DNA from: an uncultured Rivularia sp.
GTDB lineage: Bacteria > Cyanobacteriota > Cyanobacteriia > Cyanobacteriales > Nostocaceae
Length of the DNA: 64,000 bases
Assembly: GCA_963665115.1 (NCBI GenBank)
Contig: OY762007.1
Span: 6,304,001-6,368,000 of the forward strand
Direction: 5' to 3'
The notes under the pieces were generated by a model. That model saw only the letters and a program-made list of their open reading frames with translations, was not told where the DNA came from and searched no databases. A program made the position numbers and the translations under genes. Shown here piece after piece: positions 31,801 to 44,920 of this stretch (position 1 is the first letter of the stretch; each line of letters starts with the position of its first letter).

Positions 31801-34800
31801 TTGATTTATTTGATTCCAATCTGTTTTGAAATTAATAATATTAAAGAATTCACGATTATAAATTGCAAATTCCGAATTCTGAATTAAAACAGAAACCCCA
31901 GCATCTGCGAGCATATACGTTAATCGCTCTTGGGGATATGCTGGATCTAAAGGAACATATGCTGCTCCAGCTTTAAGAATACCTAATAATCCAATCACCA
32001 TATCTATACCACGTTCGACGCAGATTCCTACTCGCGTTTCTGGTTTTACTCCCAGTTTGATTAAATAGCGAGCGAGTTGATTGGATTTAATATTTAATTC
32101 TTGATATGTAAATTGTTGATTCTCATCTACAACTGCAATACTATCGGGGGTTTTCTCAACTTGTGCAGCAAATAACTGATGAATAGTAGTTTGGGGATAA
32201 CTTGCATGAGTTTGATTCCATTCAACAAGTAATTGCTGCTCTGTAACGGTTAATAAAGGTAATTCATATAGTTTTTGTTCGGGATTTGCAACTATTCCTT
32301 CTAACAAAGTTTGCCAGTGTCCAATCATTCGTTCGATGGTGCTAGTTGCGAATAAATCCCGGTTATATTCAAAACTACCAATTAATCCGTTTTCCGTCTC
32401 GCTCATAGCAAGGGTTAAATCAAATTTAGCCGTACCACTATCGCTATTAATCGGACTCCAGCTTAAATCTTCCAATGTCAACGTTTGGATCGGAGCATTT
32501 TGTAAGAGAAACATTACCTGAAATAAAGGTGTATAACTCAAAGAACGCACTAACTGCAATTCATCTACTAACTGTTCAAAAGGTAAATCTTGATGAGCAT
32601 AAGCTCCTAATGCTACATCCTTCACCCGTAGCAAAAGTTCCTTAAAGTTGGGATTTCCCGATAAATCGGTGCGGAGAGCAAGTGTATTTGCAAAACAACC
32701 AATCAAACCTTCTAATTCACTGCGTTGACGATTGGCGATCGCACTTCCAATTACAATATCTTCACTGCCACTATAGCGATATAGTAAAGTTTTAAATGCA
32801 GCTAATAACGTCATAAATAGCGTGCATCCCGACTTCTGACTCAACTGTTTTAAAGCTTGGGATAACGACCGAGGTAATTCAAATTTGATACTTCCACCCC
32901 GCGCAGTTTGTACAGCAGGACGAGGATAATCTGTGGGTAATCCTAATAACTTGGGAGCATTTTGTAACTGATTCTGCCAGTAATTTAACTGATTTTCTCG
33001 GACTTCCTCTTGAAGGTAATTGCTTTGCCAAGCTGCAAAATCCGCGTATTGAATTGGTAATTCATTTAACCTCACCCCGTCTTTACGGACACCCCTCTCC
33101 TTGACAAGGAGAGGGGACGGGGGTGAGGTTTCCTCTTGATATATAAGAGCAACTTCTTTTACTAATACTCCCATTGACCAACCATCTGCAACAATATGAT
33201 GCAAAGTTATTAATATTACATGATTTTGGGAGTTTAGACGTAGTAATTTAACTCTTAATAAAGGAGGTTGATCGAGTTGAAAAGGTTGTTGTGCTTCTTG
33301 TTGTGCAATTTTTTCAACCTGTTCTTTTTGCACTATTTCTGTTAAATGACTTAAATCAATTACTTTTAAATTAAATTCATTTATAGATGATAATTGAGCG
33401 ACGGGTTTTCCTTCAACAGTGAGAAAAGCAGTACGTAAAACTTCGTGACGATTGAGAATTTCTTGAAAACTGCGCTCCAATCTGAAAATATCAAGTTCAC
33501 CGTTAATTTGTATCGCAGCAGGAATATTATAAAAAGGACTTTCCGGTTCGAGTTGAGATAAAAACCACTGACGTTGTTGAGCAAAGGAAATCGGTAACTT
33601 ATCTTGACGTTCGATTTTTTTAATTTCAGGTTGTGATAATTCCGATTTGCTCGTAGTAATAGCTTTAGCTATTCCTATAACCGTAGGAGTTTCAAACAAT
33701 TTTCTTAAAGGTAATTCTATCTTAAATACTTCTCGAATCTGAGAAATAGCACGAGTAGCGAGTAGAGAATGTCCTCCTAACTCAAAGAAATTATCATCAA
33801 CGCTAATTTTTTCAACTTCGAGAATATCCGACCAAATATTTACTAAAAGTTCTTCAATTGGATTACCAGGAGCAACAAAATTTTGTGATTGGATATGAAT
33901 TTGTTCTGGATTCGGTAAAGCTTTTCTATCAACTTTACGATTTGGGGTGAGGGGAAATTCTTCTAACACCATATAGTTAGAAGGAATCATATAACCAGGT
34001 AACTTACCTTGCAAAAATTGCCGTAATTCGCTTTGTGATATTTCTGATGATGGTATTACATAAGCAATTAATTTTTCATCATCTTGATTTTGATATAACG
34101 TCACCACCGCTTGTTTCACATTGGGATGCTGTATTAAAACGGATTCAATTTCTCCCAACTCAATCCGAAAACCACGCAATTTAACTTGATAATCAATTCT
34201 ACCTAAATATTCTAAATTTCCTTCAGGTAAATAGCGTACTAAGTCTCCAGTTTTGTATAACCTCACCCCGTCCTCTCGGACACCCTTCTCCTTACTAAGG
34301 AGAGGGGAAAGGGGTGAGGTTTTTTCCAAAAACGGATTCTTGATAAATTTTTCCGCTGTTAATTCTGGCTTATTTAAATAACCCTTTGCTAATCCCGCAC
34401 CACCAATATATAACTGTCCTGGAACACCAATCGGAACGGGTTGTAAATAATCGTTTAAAACGTAAAATTGGGTATTATTAATTGGTTTACCAATAAAAAC
34501 AGATGCAGGGACATTCTGGGAGACGTTATGTATAACGTCTCTACACTGTGCTACAGATGACCAAATAGTTGCTTCCGTAGGACCATATAAATTCCATACT
34601 TCTTTGCTACGTTCTAATAATTCTTCTGCTATTTTTATATCTAAAGCTTCCCCACCACAAAGCACTTTTAATTGCTGATTACCCTTCCATCCTGCTGTTA
34701 ACAATAATCTCCAAGTCGCAGGAGTAGCTTGCATTATTGTTACTTGATTATCTGCTAAACTTTGCTTTAAAAGTCTTGCATCAGTTGTAGTTTCTCTGCT

Positions 34801-36990
34801 AGCAATTATTAAACGCGAACCTGTAATTAAAGGTAAATATAATTCTAATCCAGCAATATCAAAAGATAACGTTGTCACCGATAGTAAAATATCATTTGAT
34901 GTAATTCCTGGTTGCTGCTGCATTGATTCGAGACAGTTAACTAAAGCGGAATGCAAAATTTCCACACCTTTTGGTTTACCCGTGGAACCGGAAGTGTAGA
35001 TAATATAAGCTAAATGTTCGGGGGTTGTTTGAATTGCTAGATTTTCAGAAGGTTGTTTTTCAATAAATTCCCAATCGTTATCAAAATTAATAACCTCACC
35101 CCGATAAAGCTGCGCTTTATCACCCCTCTCCTTGTCAAGGAGAGGGGTTGTAGATTCTTCTCCTGTTCCCCTCTCCTTAATAAGGAGAGGGGCTAGGGGT
35201 GAGGTTCGAGATTCTGTGACTAAAAAACCCACCCCCGAATCTTCCAACATAAACCTCAAACGTTCTTCGGGAAAAGCTGGATCTAAAGGAATATAAGTCC
35301 CACCCGCTTTCAAAATACCCAATAAACCCACAAGCATTTTTTCAGAACGTTCCAAACAAATCCCTACTTTCGTTTCCCTTCTCACACCAACGGATTTTAA
35401 ATAATGAGCAAGTTGATTTGCTTTTTGGTTTAATTCTTTATATGTAAACTGTTGCAATTCAAATACAACCGCAATTTTATCTGGTGTTTTCTGTGCTTGT
35501 GCTTCAAATAGTTGATGAATACAAAGCTTTGAATAATCACAACTTGTATTGTTCCATTCAAGCAGTAACTGCTGTTGTTCAAGGGGTGTTAATAAAGGTA
35601 GTTCGCAAATATTTTGTTCTGGATTCGCGACAATTGCTGTTAACAAAGTTTCAAAATGACCGATAATTCTTTTAATCGTCTCTACAGCAAATAAATCGGT
35701 GTTGTATTCAAAAATTCCTGTCAAACCTGAAGCTGTTTCATACATATCTAGACTCAAATCAAATCTGGATGTTTCATGTTCTGGTTCGAGATATTTTAAT
35801 GATAATCCAGATAAATCTATTGTTTGTGTGGGTGTGTTGTGAAGAATGAACATTACCTGAAACAATGGATTATAACTAAGATTTCTTTCTGGTTGTAGCT
35901 GCTCTACTAAATACTCGTAGGGTAATTCCTGATTTGCGTATGCGTTTAAGGTAACGTCTCGAACTTGTTGGAGGAAATTAGTAAAGCTAGGATTATCTGA
36001 TAAATTGGTACGGAAAATCAGGTTATTAACAAATAATCCGATTAAATTGCTTATTTCAGCGCGATTTTCTCGATTTGTAATTGTAGAACCAATCAGTATA
36101 TCTTCTTGATTGCTATAGCGATAAAGTAATACTTTAAACACTGCAAGCAATGTCATGAATAGTGTAGTATTTTGTGATTGACTAAGCTTTTTGAGAGCAT
36201 TTGATAAGTCTTGGGAAAGCAAAAAAGATGCTCTAGCACCCTGAAATCTTTGTACGGGGGGACGGGGATAGTCGGTAGGTAAATTTAATAAAGGAGGATA
36301 ATGCGCTAAATTTTTCTGCCAGTATTCTAATTGAGTAGCGCGTTTTTCACTTTTCAACCATTCTTGTTCCCAAGTCGCATAATCACCATATTGAACGGGT
36401 AATTCTGTTAGTTTTGCTGTTTCTCCTTTGGCTAAGGATTGATAACTAATTGCTAATTCTCGGATTAATAATCGCATCGAATAATAATCTGAGATGATGT
36501 GATGCATTGTAAATAACAACACATTTTCTTCGGAATTCAATTTAATTAATTTTGCTCGGAATAAAGGAGCTTGAGATAAATCAAATGGTTGTGTAGCTGT
36601 TTCTTTAATTTGCTGCTTTACTTCTTTTTCTTGCTGCTCGGTTGGTAATACTTGTAAGTCAATTAAAGGAAATTGTAAATTTAATTTATGACAAAATTGC
36701 TGTATCGGTTCGTCTTTTACTACCGTAAAACTAGAGCGTAATACTTCATGACGCTGAATTATTTGATTGAGACTTTTTTGTAAAGCAATAATATTAAGAG
36801 AACCAGTTAAACATAAAGCTGCGGGAATATTGTATGCTGATAATTCTGGTTGGAGCTTATCGAGAAACCATAGCCTTTTTTGAGCAAAAGATAGGGGAAA
36901 GTTTTGAGGTTTGTTGGCTTTTTGTTGGAGAAGTTTGGCTAGTAGTTGACGCTTTTGTTCTGGAGAGAGGTTTTCTAAAGATTTAGACAT
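28857..36990 (-). CDS. Bimodular NRPS C-A(Gly)-T-C-A(Ala)-T-E; +1 frameshift at 31763-31768
   Basis: HHIISDYYS, code DILQLGLIWK (Gly), GGHSLL; HHIVADGWS, corrected junction VDPQNLAYIIYTSGSTG, code DLFNNALTYK (Ala), GGDSIL; E domain HHLVIDGISW, EAHGRE, RTVGWFT, FNYLGQ, YTPSDF. Confidence 0.92.
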
Positions 36991-37036
36991 TTTTTAATTT
37001 TTTAATAATTATAAGCATATTTTTTAACGCAATATT

Positions 37037-37200
37037 GTAGGTTGGGTTAGGCACATTTATAGTTATAGTTTTTTACGAAAATTTATATTTGTGCCGTAAC
37101 CCAACATCTTTTATTTATAGATTATCGTGTTGGGTTACGACAGGATTGTTACAAATTTTCGTTACATATTTAAATGCTTTTCCTGTCTAACCCAACCTAC
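37037..37200. repeat. REPIN-like element, same family as 8844-8996
   Basis: GTAGGTTGGGTTAG ... CTAACCCAACCTAC. Confidence 0.7.
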
Positions 37201-37217
37201 AAACTACAAACTATTCC

Positions 37218-40200
37218 CTATTCCTCCATCATCTGTTTTAATAATGCATCAACATCTTCTTCTGAAATTTCTTCGAGGTTTTCTAATATCTCTTTATTGT
37301 TATTTCGTTCAACTTTTTTAATTGTTTCTACATTCTTTAAAGTTTGTTTTGGTTGCTGTTCAATTACTTGCGCTTGCTCTAAAATTGTGGGAGCTTCAAA
37401 GAAGTGACGGATTGTAATTTCTACTTGAAAGGTTTGTCGCATTTGGGTAATTACTTGAGTTGCTGATAAGGAATTACCACCCAACTCGAAGAAATTATCA
37501 TGAATTCCGATTTGTTCGAGCTTAAGAGCATTTTGCCAAATTTGTGCGATCGCCTTTTCTAATTCCGTCTTAGCTGCTACATATTCTACATTTATTTGTC
37601 CGTGTAATTGCGGTTTTGGTAAGGCTTTACGGTCGATTTTACCATTGCTTGTTAATGGTAATGTATCTAATAGCATATAGTGAGATGGCACCATATAATC
37701 GGGAAGTTTTTGTTGGATATATTGACGCAATCTTTCCGATATTGACATTGACTGTTGGGGTTCGGATGACATCCATTTTTGCGTCCAAGTTGGGTCAATT
37801 TTTCCACCAACAAAGCTATGTAATAAAATTTGACTGGATTCTAAATTAAACCATTCTCGTATACTTTCAAATTCTAATACTCCGATGGGACATAAACCAA
37901 TATCAAAATCTGGTGCTGTTTCCATCAATAGTTGACTGATATAACCAGCTTCTAATAAACAAAAATCTCTCGCTTTATCACCATAAACGGGAGTAATTGC
38001 TGCTAGTTTCTGCTATTAGGAATAACGAAAAGCCAGATTCTGCAAAAATTTCTTGATTGCTGCTGTAAACCTGATTATCAACAACTGATTCTTGATGGAG
38101 TAAAGTTAAATTATGCTTTGCGGGATGATAATAATAAATTCCTGCTTCTAATCCTTCAATGCGGTTATTTTTAACGTGTAAATAAGCTTGTACCGGATAG
38201 AGACTACCAGCAGAACCGTAACGATATTTTGGTAGTGGAGAATCCTTTAATTGCATTTGCGCTAAACTACCAATCCACTGACTAAATTGGTTTAAATTAA
38301 TCGGTTTTTCGAGAAAATGACGGTAACTTTGTCGTCTTAAATAAGCTTGATTTGTATTTTCATCCCGTTCCAGTTGTGGGAGTTCAATAATTTTTTCATC
38401 TTCATCTTTACGAATACCAAGTTGCTGTAATTTAAAATCAATTTTTTCTACAGGATTGGGGACAATATAAGCTACTAATTGTTTATTTTCAAAATCACCT
38501 ATAGCAGTAACAACCGCTTCTTGAATCAAAGGATTTTTGAGCAATACTGTTTCAATTTCCCCTAATTCAATCCGATAACCATTTACTTTTACCTGAAAAT
38601 CTTCTCTTCCCAAAAATTCGATGCTACCATCTGGGAGATATCTTCCTAAGTCTCCGGTTTTGTAAAGATTGGAGGGGGTAGAGGGGGTAGAGGGGGTAGA
38701 AAACGGATTTGAGATAAATTTTTCTGCTGTTAATTCTGGTTGATTTAAATATCCTTGTGCTAATCCAATTCCACCGATATAAAGTTGTCCTGTTACCCAA
38801 ATCGGACAGGGTTCCATTGCTTTGTTTAATACATAAAACTGTTGATTAGTCAATGGATAACCGTAAGGAATACTCTTCCAACTGGGATTGATTTCTTTGA
38901 TAGGATAAGCAATCGACCAAATAGAAGCTTCTGTTGCTCCACCCAAACTAATAATTTCTGCATTTGCAAACCTACTCCAAATTCTTTCGGGTAGATTCAA
39001 AGGTATCCAATCACCGCTGATCAATACCAAACGTAAGGAATCTGCTTTTTGTTCAACTGATTCTAAATGTTCTACTAATAACTGCATCAAAGCTGGAACA
39101 GAATTCCAAATTGTTACTGAATATTCATGTATTAATTTTTCCCAATGTGCGGGGGTCTTTTGCTAAATCCGCATCGGGAATAACTATAGTTGCTCCTGCG
39201 GCTAAGGTTCCGAAAATATCATATACAGATAAGTCGAAACTCAAGGAAGATAAGGCTAAAACCGAATCTTTTTCTGTGATTCCAAAGCGTTGATTAATAT
39301 CCAAAATTGTATTAACCGCACCTTGATGACTAATCATTACACCTTTCGGTAATCCCGTAGAGCCAGAGGTGTAGATTGTGTATGCGAGAGCGGAGGGGGC
39401 AGAGGGAGCGGAGGGGGCAGAGGGAGATTTGATTAGAATTCTTGTAATATCATCTTCCCATTCCAAGGTGTTATCTAACCAGGGTTGGGTGACGACGTAT
39501 TCAATTTGTGCTTGTTGGAGTATTTGCAAGCGTCTTTCTTTGGGTAATTCTGGATCTATGGGAACGTATGCTGCACCTGCTGTTAATATTCCTAAGACTG
39601 CTACTATTTGTTCCCAACCTTTGGACATTACAACTGCTATTAGTTGATTTTGTTGTACTCCTAGTTGTTGTAACTCTAGCGCTAGGGTTTTGCTGTAGTT
39701 GCTCAATTCTTGATAAGTCAAGCTTTTATTTGAGGTAACTATTGCTTGTTTGTCGGGATTTAGCGCAACTCTATCAAAGAATAATTGGTGTAAAAGCGGT
39801 TGTGTATCTACTAAATCAGCTTCTGTAGCGTTTACTTGTGTAAGTGTTTCAAGTTGTGCTGATGGTAATAGTTTTCTGGTAGTATTTTGCCATTCTGCTT
39901 CATTCTCTAAACTTTCTAGAAAATTACTATAGCTAGCAAACATATCATTGAGCATTCCATCGGGAAATAGTTCGTCAATGGTATCCCAGTTATAAACTAA
40001 GGCTCCGTTAATTTCGGAAACTTGATGATCGAGGTAAACTTGGGATGTTTGACTCACACTGTAGACGACTTCTCCTTCCCAATTCCGATTTCTAGATGAT
40101 TCTTCGGAATTATTTTGCGTCAGGGTGCTGGTAAATACAACGGGCATTAATGCGCCAGTCATTCGTTGTTTAGTGCGAGCTAATTGCCGTAATACTTCAA

Positions 40201-43200
40201 CTCCACTGACGTAACGGTTATCTAAATCCTCCCATAGTTGCGCTTGAATTTTTTGTGCTACTGTCGCAAATGTATCTTTAGCGCTATTATTTATTTCTAA
40301 TAATGTTGATGAGGTGAAATCTCCAACTAATTGATTTACTTGGGGATGTAAAGGTTGACGATTGAAAAGGGTTAAATTTAAAGTAAATTGCGGATTATTG
40401 CTCCAAAATGTCAAAATTTCCGCAAAAGCTGCCAGCAATAAACCCGAAGGAGTAATATTATTTTGAGTTGCACGCTGTTTGATTTTCCCCCACAATTCTG
40501 GGTTTAAGGTATGGGTACGACGAATAAAGCGAGGTTTTTCTATAGCGCTAGGGTTTTTCTGTAGCGGTAGTTGAGGAGAAGCTGGTAAAGTAGCAAGTCG
40601 ATTTTGCCAATAATTTAGAGATTGTTTATATTTATCGGAATTGCGAAATTCTTTTTCAGCTAAGACGTAATCTCGGAAGGATATTTCTAAAGGTGGAAAA
40701 TCTCTCCCTAACCCTCTCTTACCAAAAGAGAAAATTGATTTTTGCTGAATTAACATGACTAACTCTAGCGCTAGGATTTGTAAACTCCAAGCATCACCCA
40801 TCAAGACATCAAAACTAATTAAAAATCTGACTCTCTCATCCGACAACAACACAGCTTGAATATCAAATAAAGGATATTTATCTGTTGATAACACCTGATG
40901 AGAAAGCTTATCCCGTAAATTTGTTAATTCCCTATCAATCTCTTCCCGAGATGAACAACGTAAATCGGATATTTTAATCTGATACGGTGGTACTTCCGGT
41001 AGAATTCGCTGTTTACCGTCAGATTCCACAATTACCCGCAGCATATCATGACGGTTAATCAACTGCTGCCAAGCTTGCTCAACCTGCTCAACACTTAACC
41101 CCACCGTTTCAATTTCTCGATAACCGTGAGTAGAAACATTTCCCAACTCAAAAGCTTGATTTCGTCCAATCCAATAAGCTTGTTGAATGTCAGTTAAGGG
41201 AAAAGGTTCGTAACGTTGATTTAAATTTGGTACGAGTTTGGGTAACTGCGAACTTGATGCTACTTGATTATTTTCTACTTGCTCAACCAATCCCGCAACG
41301 GTTGGATTTTGGAACAAACCACGTAAAGGAATATCAACTTGTAAACTCTCGTTAATAAGAGCAATTATTTTGATTCCTAGTAAAGAATGTCCCCCCAACT
41401 CAAAGAAATTATCGTTTAAACCAACTTGTTCTACATTTAATTCATCTTGCCAAATTTTGGCGATCGCCTTTTCAATTTCCGTGAGTGGTTTAACAAAAGT
41501 CGTCTCTAATTCCGGATTTAAAGCTAATGGTTTGATTAAGGCACGCCGATTTATCTTACCATTTGGCAAACGCGGTAATTCATCCAACTCCACGAAAGCA
41601 GAAGGAATCATGTAAACCGGAAGTCTTTCTGACAAAAACTGACGAAGAGAAATTGATATTTGATTATCTTTATTTTCAAAATCCTTAAATACAACATAAG
41701 CAATCAACAGCTTATTTTCTTCCTCTTCCACAACAGTCACGACACATTCTTGCATTTGTGGATGTTGACTCAAAACCGCTTCAATTTCACCAATTTCAAT
41801 CCGATATCCCCGAATTTTGACCTGACTATCTAACCTACCAATATATTCAATATTTCCATTGGGGAGGTAACGTACTAAATCGCCAGTTTTGTAAAGAGCA
41901 GAGGGAGCGGAGGGAGCGGAGGGAGCGGAGGAAGCGGAGGAAGCAGAGGGAGCGGAGGGAGCAGGGGTAGAAGAAAACGGATTGGGAATGAATTTATCTG
42001 CGGTTAATTCTGGTTTATTAAGATATCCGCGCATTAAACCCGCACCACCAAGATATAATTCACCAATTACACCCACGGGAACAGGTTGTAGATAACTATC
42101 GAGGATGTAGGTTTGAGTATTCGCAATTGGAAAACCAATCGGAGGAGTGGGGGTAGAGGGGGAAGAGGGGGTAGAGGGGGTAGAGGGGGAAGAAATTTGT
42201 CTCCTTGTCTCCTTGTCACCTTGTCCCCCAACTAATGCATAAGTAGAATAAGTCGTATCCTCACTAGGGCCATATAAATTAAATATTTGCTGAATCTGGG
42301 GATGTTTTTGTTCGAGTTGCTTTACTAAACTCCATTGCAAAGCTTCTCCAGCTAAGTTAATGGTATTAACTAATTGTGGAATTGCATTCAGACGAGATAA
42401 TTGAGAAATTGCGCTTGGTACGGTATTTATTGCGGTTACTTGGGAAGCACCTGGTAAATCTATTAATTCTAAAACGTTTTCTACCAGGATAATTTTTCCA
42501 CCCCAACTTAAGGGTACAAATAATTCAAATACCGATAAGTCAAAGCAAATCGAAGTTGAAGCTAACATCCCGGCAATAACTTCATCATTAAATACTTCCC
42601 TTGCCCAATGCAATAACGTCACAGTACTTTGATGAGCGATCGCAACTCCTTTGGGTTTACCTGTAGAGCCGGAGGTGTAAATTAAATATGCTAGGTTGTC
42701 TGGTGTAACTTCGCTTTTGGGATTATCTGTGCTGTATAGAGCAATTTTTTGCCAATCATTAAATAACCTCACCCCGTCCTGACGGACACCCCTCTCCTTC
42801 AGGTCAGGAGAAGAAAAGCTTTTTCCGGCTCTCCTCTCCTTAATAAGGAGAGGGGCTGGGGGTGAGGTTTCCGAGGTTTCCGTCAATAAAATTTCTATTT
42901 GAGCATCTTTAATAATATATTCTGTGCGAGCTTCTGGATAAGTTGGATCTAAAGGAACATAAGCAGCACCAGCTTTGAGAATACCTAAAATACCAATTAC
43001 TAATTCTAAATTTCTTTCTAAATAAACCCCAACTTTCGACTCTGGTTTTACACCCAATGTTTGTAAATAATGAGCAAGTTGATTTGCACGATTATTTAAT
43101 TCTCTATAAGTTAACTGACAATCATCATGAACAAGCGCAATTGCATCAGGGGTTTTTTCGACTTGGTTTTCAAATAACTCATGAATACACAAACCACTTT

Positions 43201-44713
43201 CATACTCGCGCTGTGTTTGATTCCATTCCCACAATATTTGTTTTGATTCTGCTTTCGTCAACAAGGGTAAATTACCAATTTGACAATCGGGATTTTCAAC
43301 AATTCCCTCTAACAATACCCGAAAATGTTCTACAAAACGGATAATTGTTTCTTCGTCAAATAAATCGCTGCTATATTCAACTTGTCCACAAATACCTTTT
43401 TCCGAATCCTGTAAATTTAACCGTAATTCATATTTTACAAATTCTTGTTCGTATGCATCTCTTTCTACCGTCAAACCGTTTAATTCTAAAGGTTTAACTG
43501 TAGCCAACTGTAAATCAAACTTCACCTGAAACAACGGCATCATTTGACTAAAATCGCGGTTGGGATTGAGGATTTCTACTAACTTTTCAAATGGTAAATC
43601 CTTGTGAGCAAAAGCCCCTAAAACGACTTCCCTAACTCGCTGTAATAATTCCCGAAATGTGGGATTTTGGGATACATCTGTTCGCAATACTAAAGTATTT
43701 ACCAATAAACCAATTAAAGGTTCCACTTCAGTGCGATCGCGATTTGCAATATCCGTTCCGACAACAATATCATCTTGATGGGTGTAGCGATGCAGCAACA
43801 CTTGAAAAGCAGTTAACAGCATCGTAAACAGCGTCACTCCGGATTTAGCACTTAAATTCCGCAGTTGTTCTGATAAACTTTGAGAAAGACTTAGAGGATA
43901 ATGTGCGCCTTTATAACTTGGTACTGGTAATCTTTTGCGATCGGTAGGTAATTCTAATACCGAAAGATTATTTAATTTTTCTTTCCAATAATTAGTTTGG
44001 GTTTCTAAAACCTCACCTTGTAACCATTGACGCTGCCAAATTGCAAAATCACCATATTGAATCGGTAATTCATTTAACGGGTTTTTCGTTGCATCTCCTC
44101 CGGAGATAGTTTGATTATTACAAAAAGCATTATAAAGTGTTGAAAGTTCTCTTAAAAATACTCCAATTGACCAACGGTCGGATATGATGTGATGGGTAGT
44201 AATTAATAAAATATTTTCAAACTCGCTTAATCTGAGCAAGATAAGTCGTAATAGAGGTTTAGTTAAATCAAAAGGAGATTCATAAGCATTTCTAACCAAT
44301 TTATTTATAGTATCAACATTTGCTTCTAAACCTTCCAAATCTATCACAGGTAAACTGAATTTTTCGGGTAAAGCAATCTTTTGAACTGGTTCTTTTTGAG
44401 AATTACTTATAAAAGTAGTGCGAAGAGCTTCATGTCTTCTGATGATTTCCGAAAGCGATTTTTCTAAAACTGATATATTTAATTTACCCTTTAATTTAAG
44501 AGCGCTAGGAACATTATAAGTACTGCTTTCTGATTCAAGCTGTTGAATAAACCACAAACGCTGTTGAGCAAAAGATAAAGGTAATTCATCCCCAGATTCT
44601 CGTGGATAAATTTGATTATCAGCAATTACTATTCCTTTTTCCCTAAGACGACGTTTAAATAGTTTACGTTGTTCGGGAGACAGTTTTGCAAGTTGTTCGT
44701 AAATATTATCCAT
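37218..44713 (-). CDS. Bimodular NRPS C-A(Ala)-T-Cy-A(Cys)[embedded Ox]-T; +1 frameshifts at 39151-39155 and 38007-38009
   Basis: HHIISDRWS; code DLFNNALTYK; Cy motifs EPFPLTDIQQAYWIGR, DVLMGD, PVVFTS, QTSQVYLDHQ; code DLYNLSLIWK (Cys); oxidase RRQSYRHF...KYRYGSAGSLYPVQAY...LLEAGYISQLLM; GGNSLS. Confidence 0.9.
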
Positions 44714-44920
44714 ATCGGGAGTTATGAGTTTGGCAACGGATGGAGTTAGGAGTTAATTAGAAGATTACTGAATTAAAAAAACCGCAGAGACGCACAGAGC
44801 GCAGAGCAAAGAAGTTTCATAGAGTGTAGAGACGTAGCAGTGCTACGTCTGTTAGGAGTTAGGAGTTATGAGTTATGAATTTTCTACCCCCTCTCCCCCT
44901 CTCCCCCTCTCCCCCCTCTC

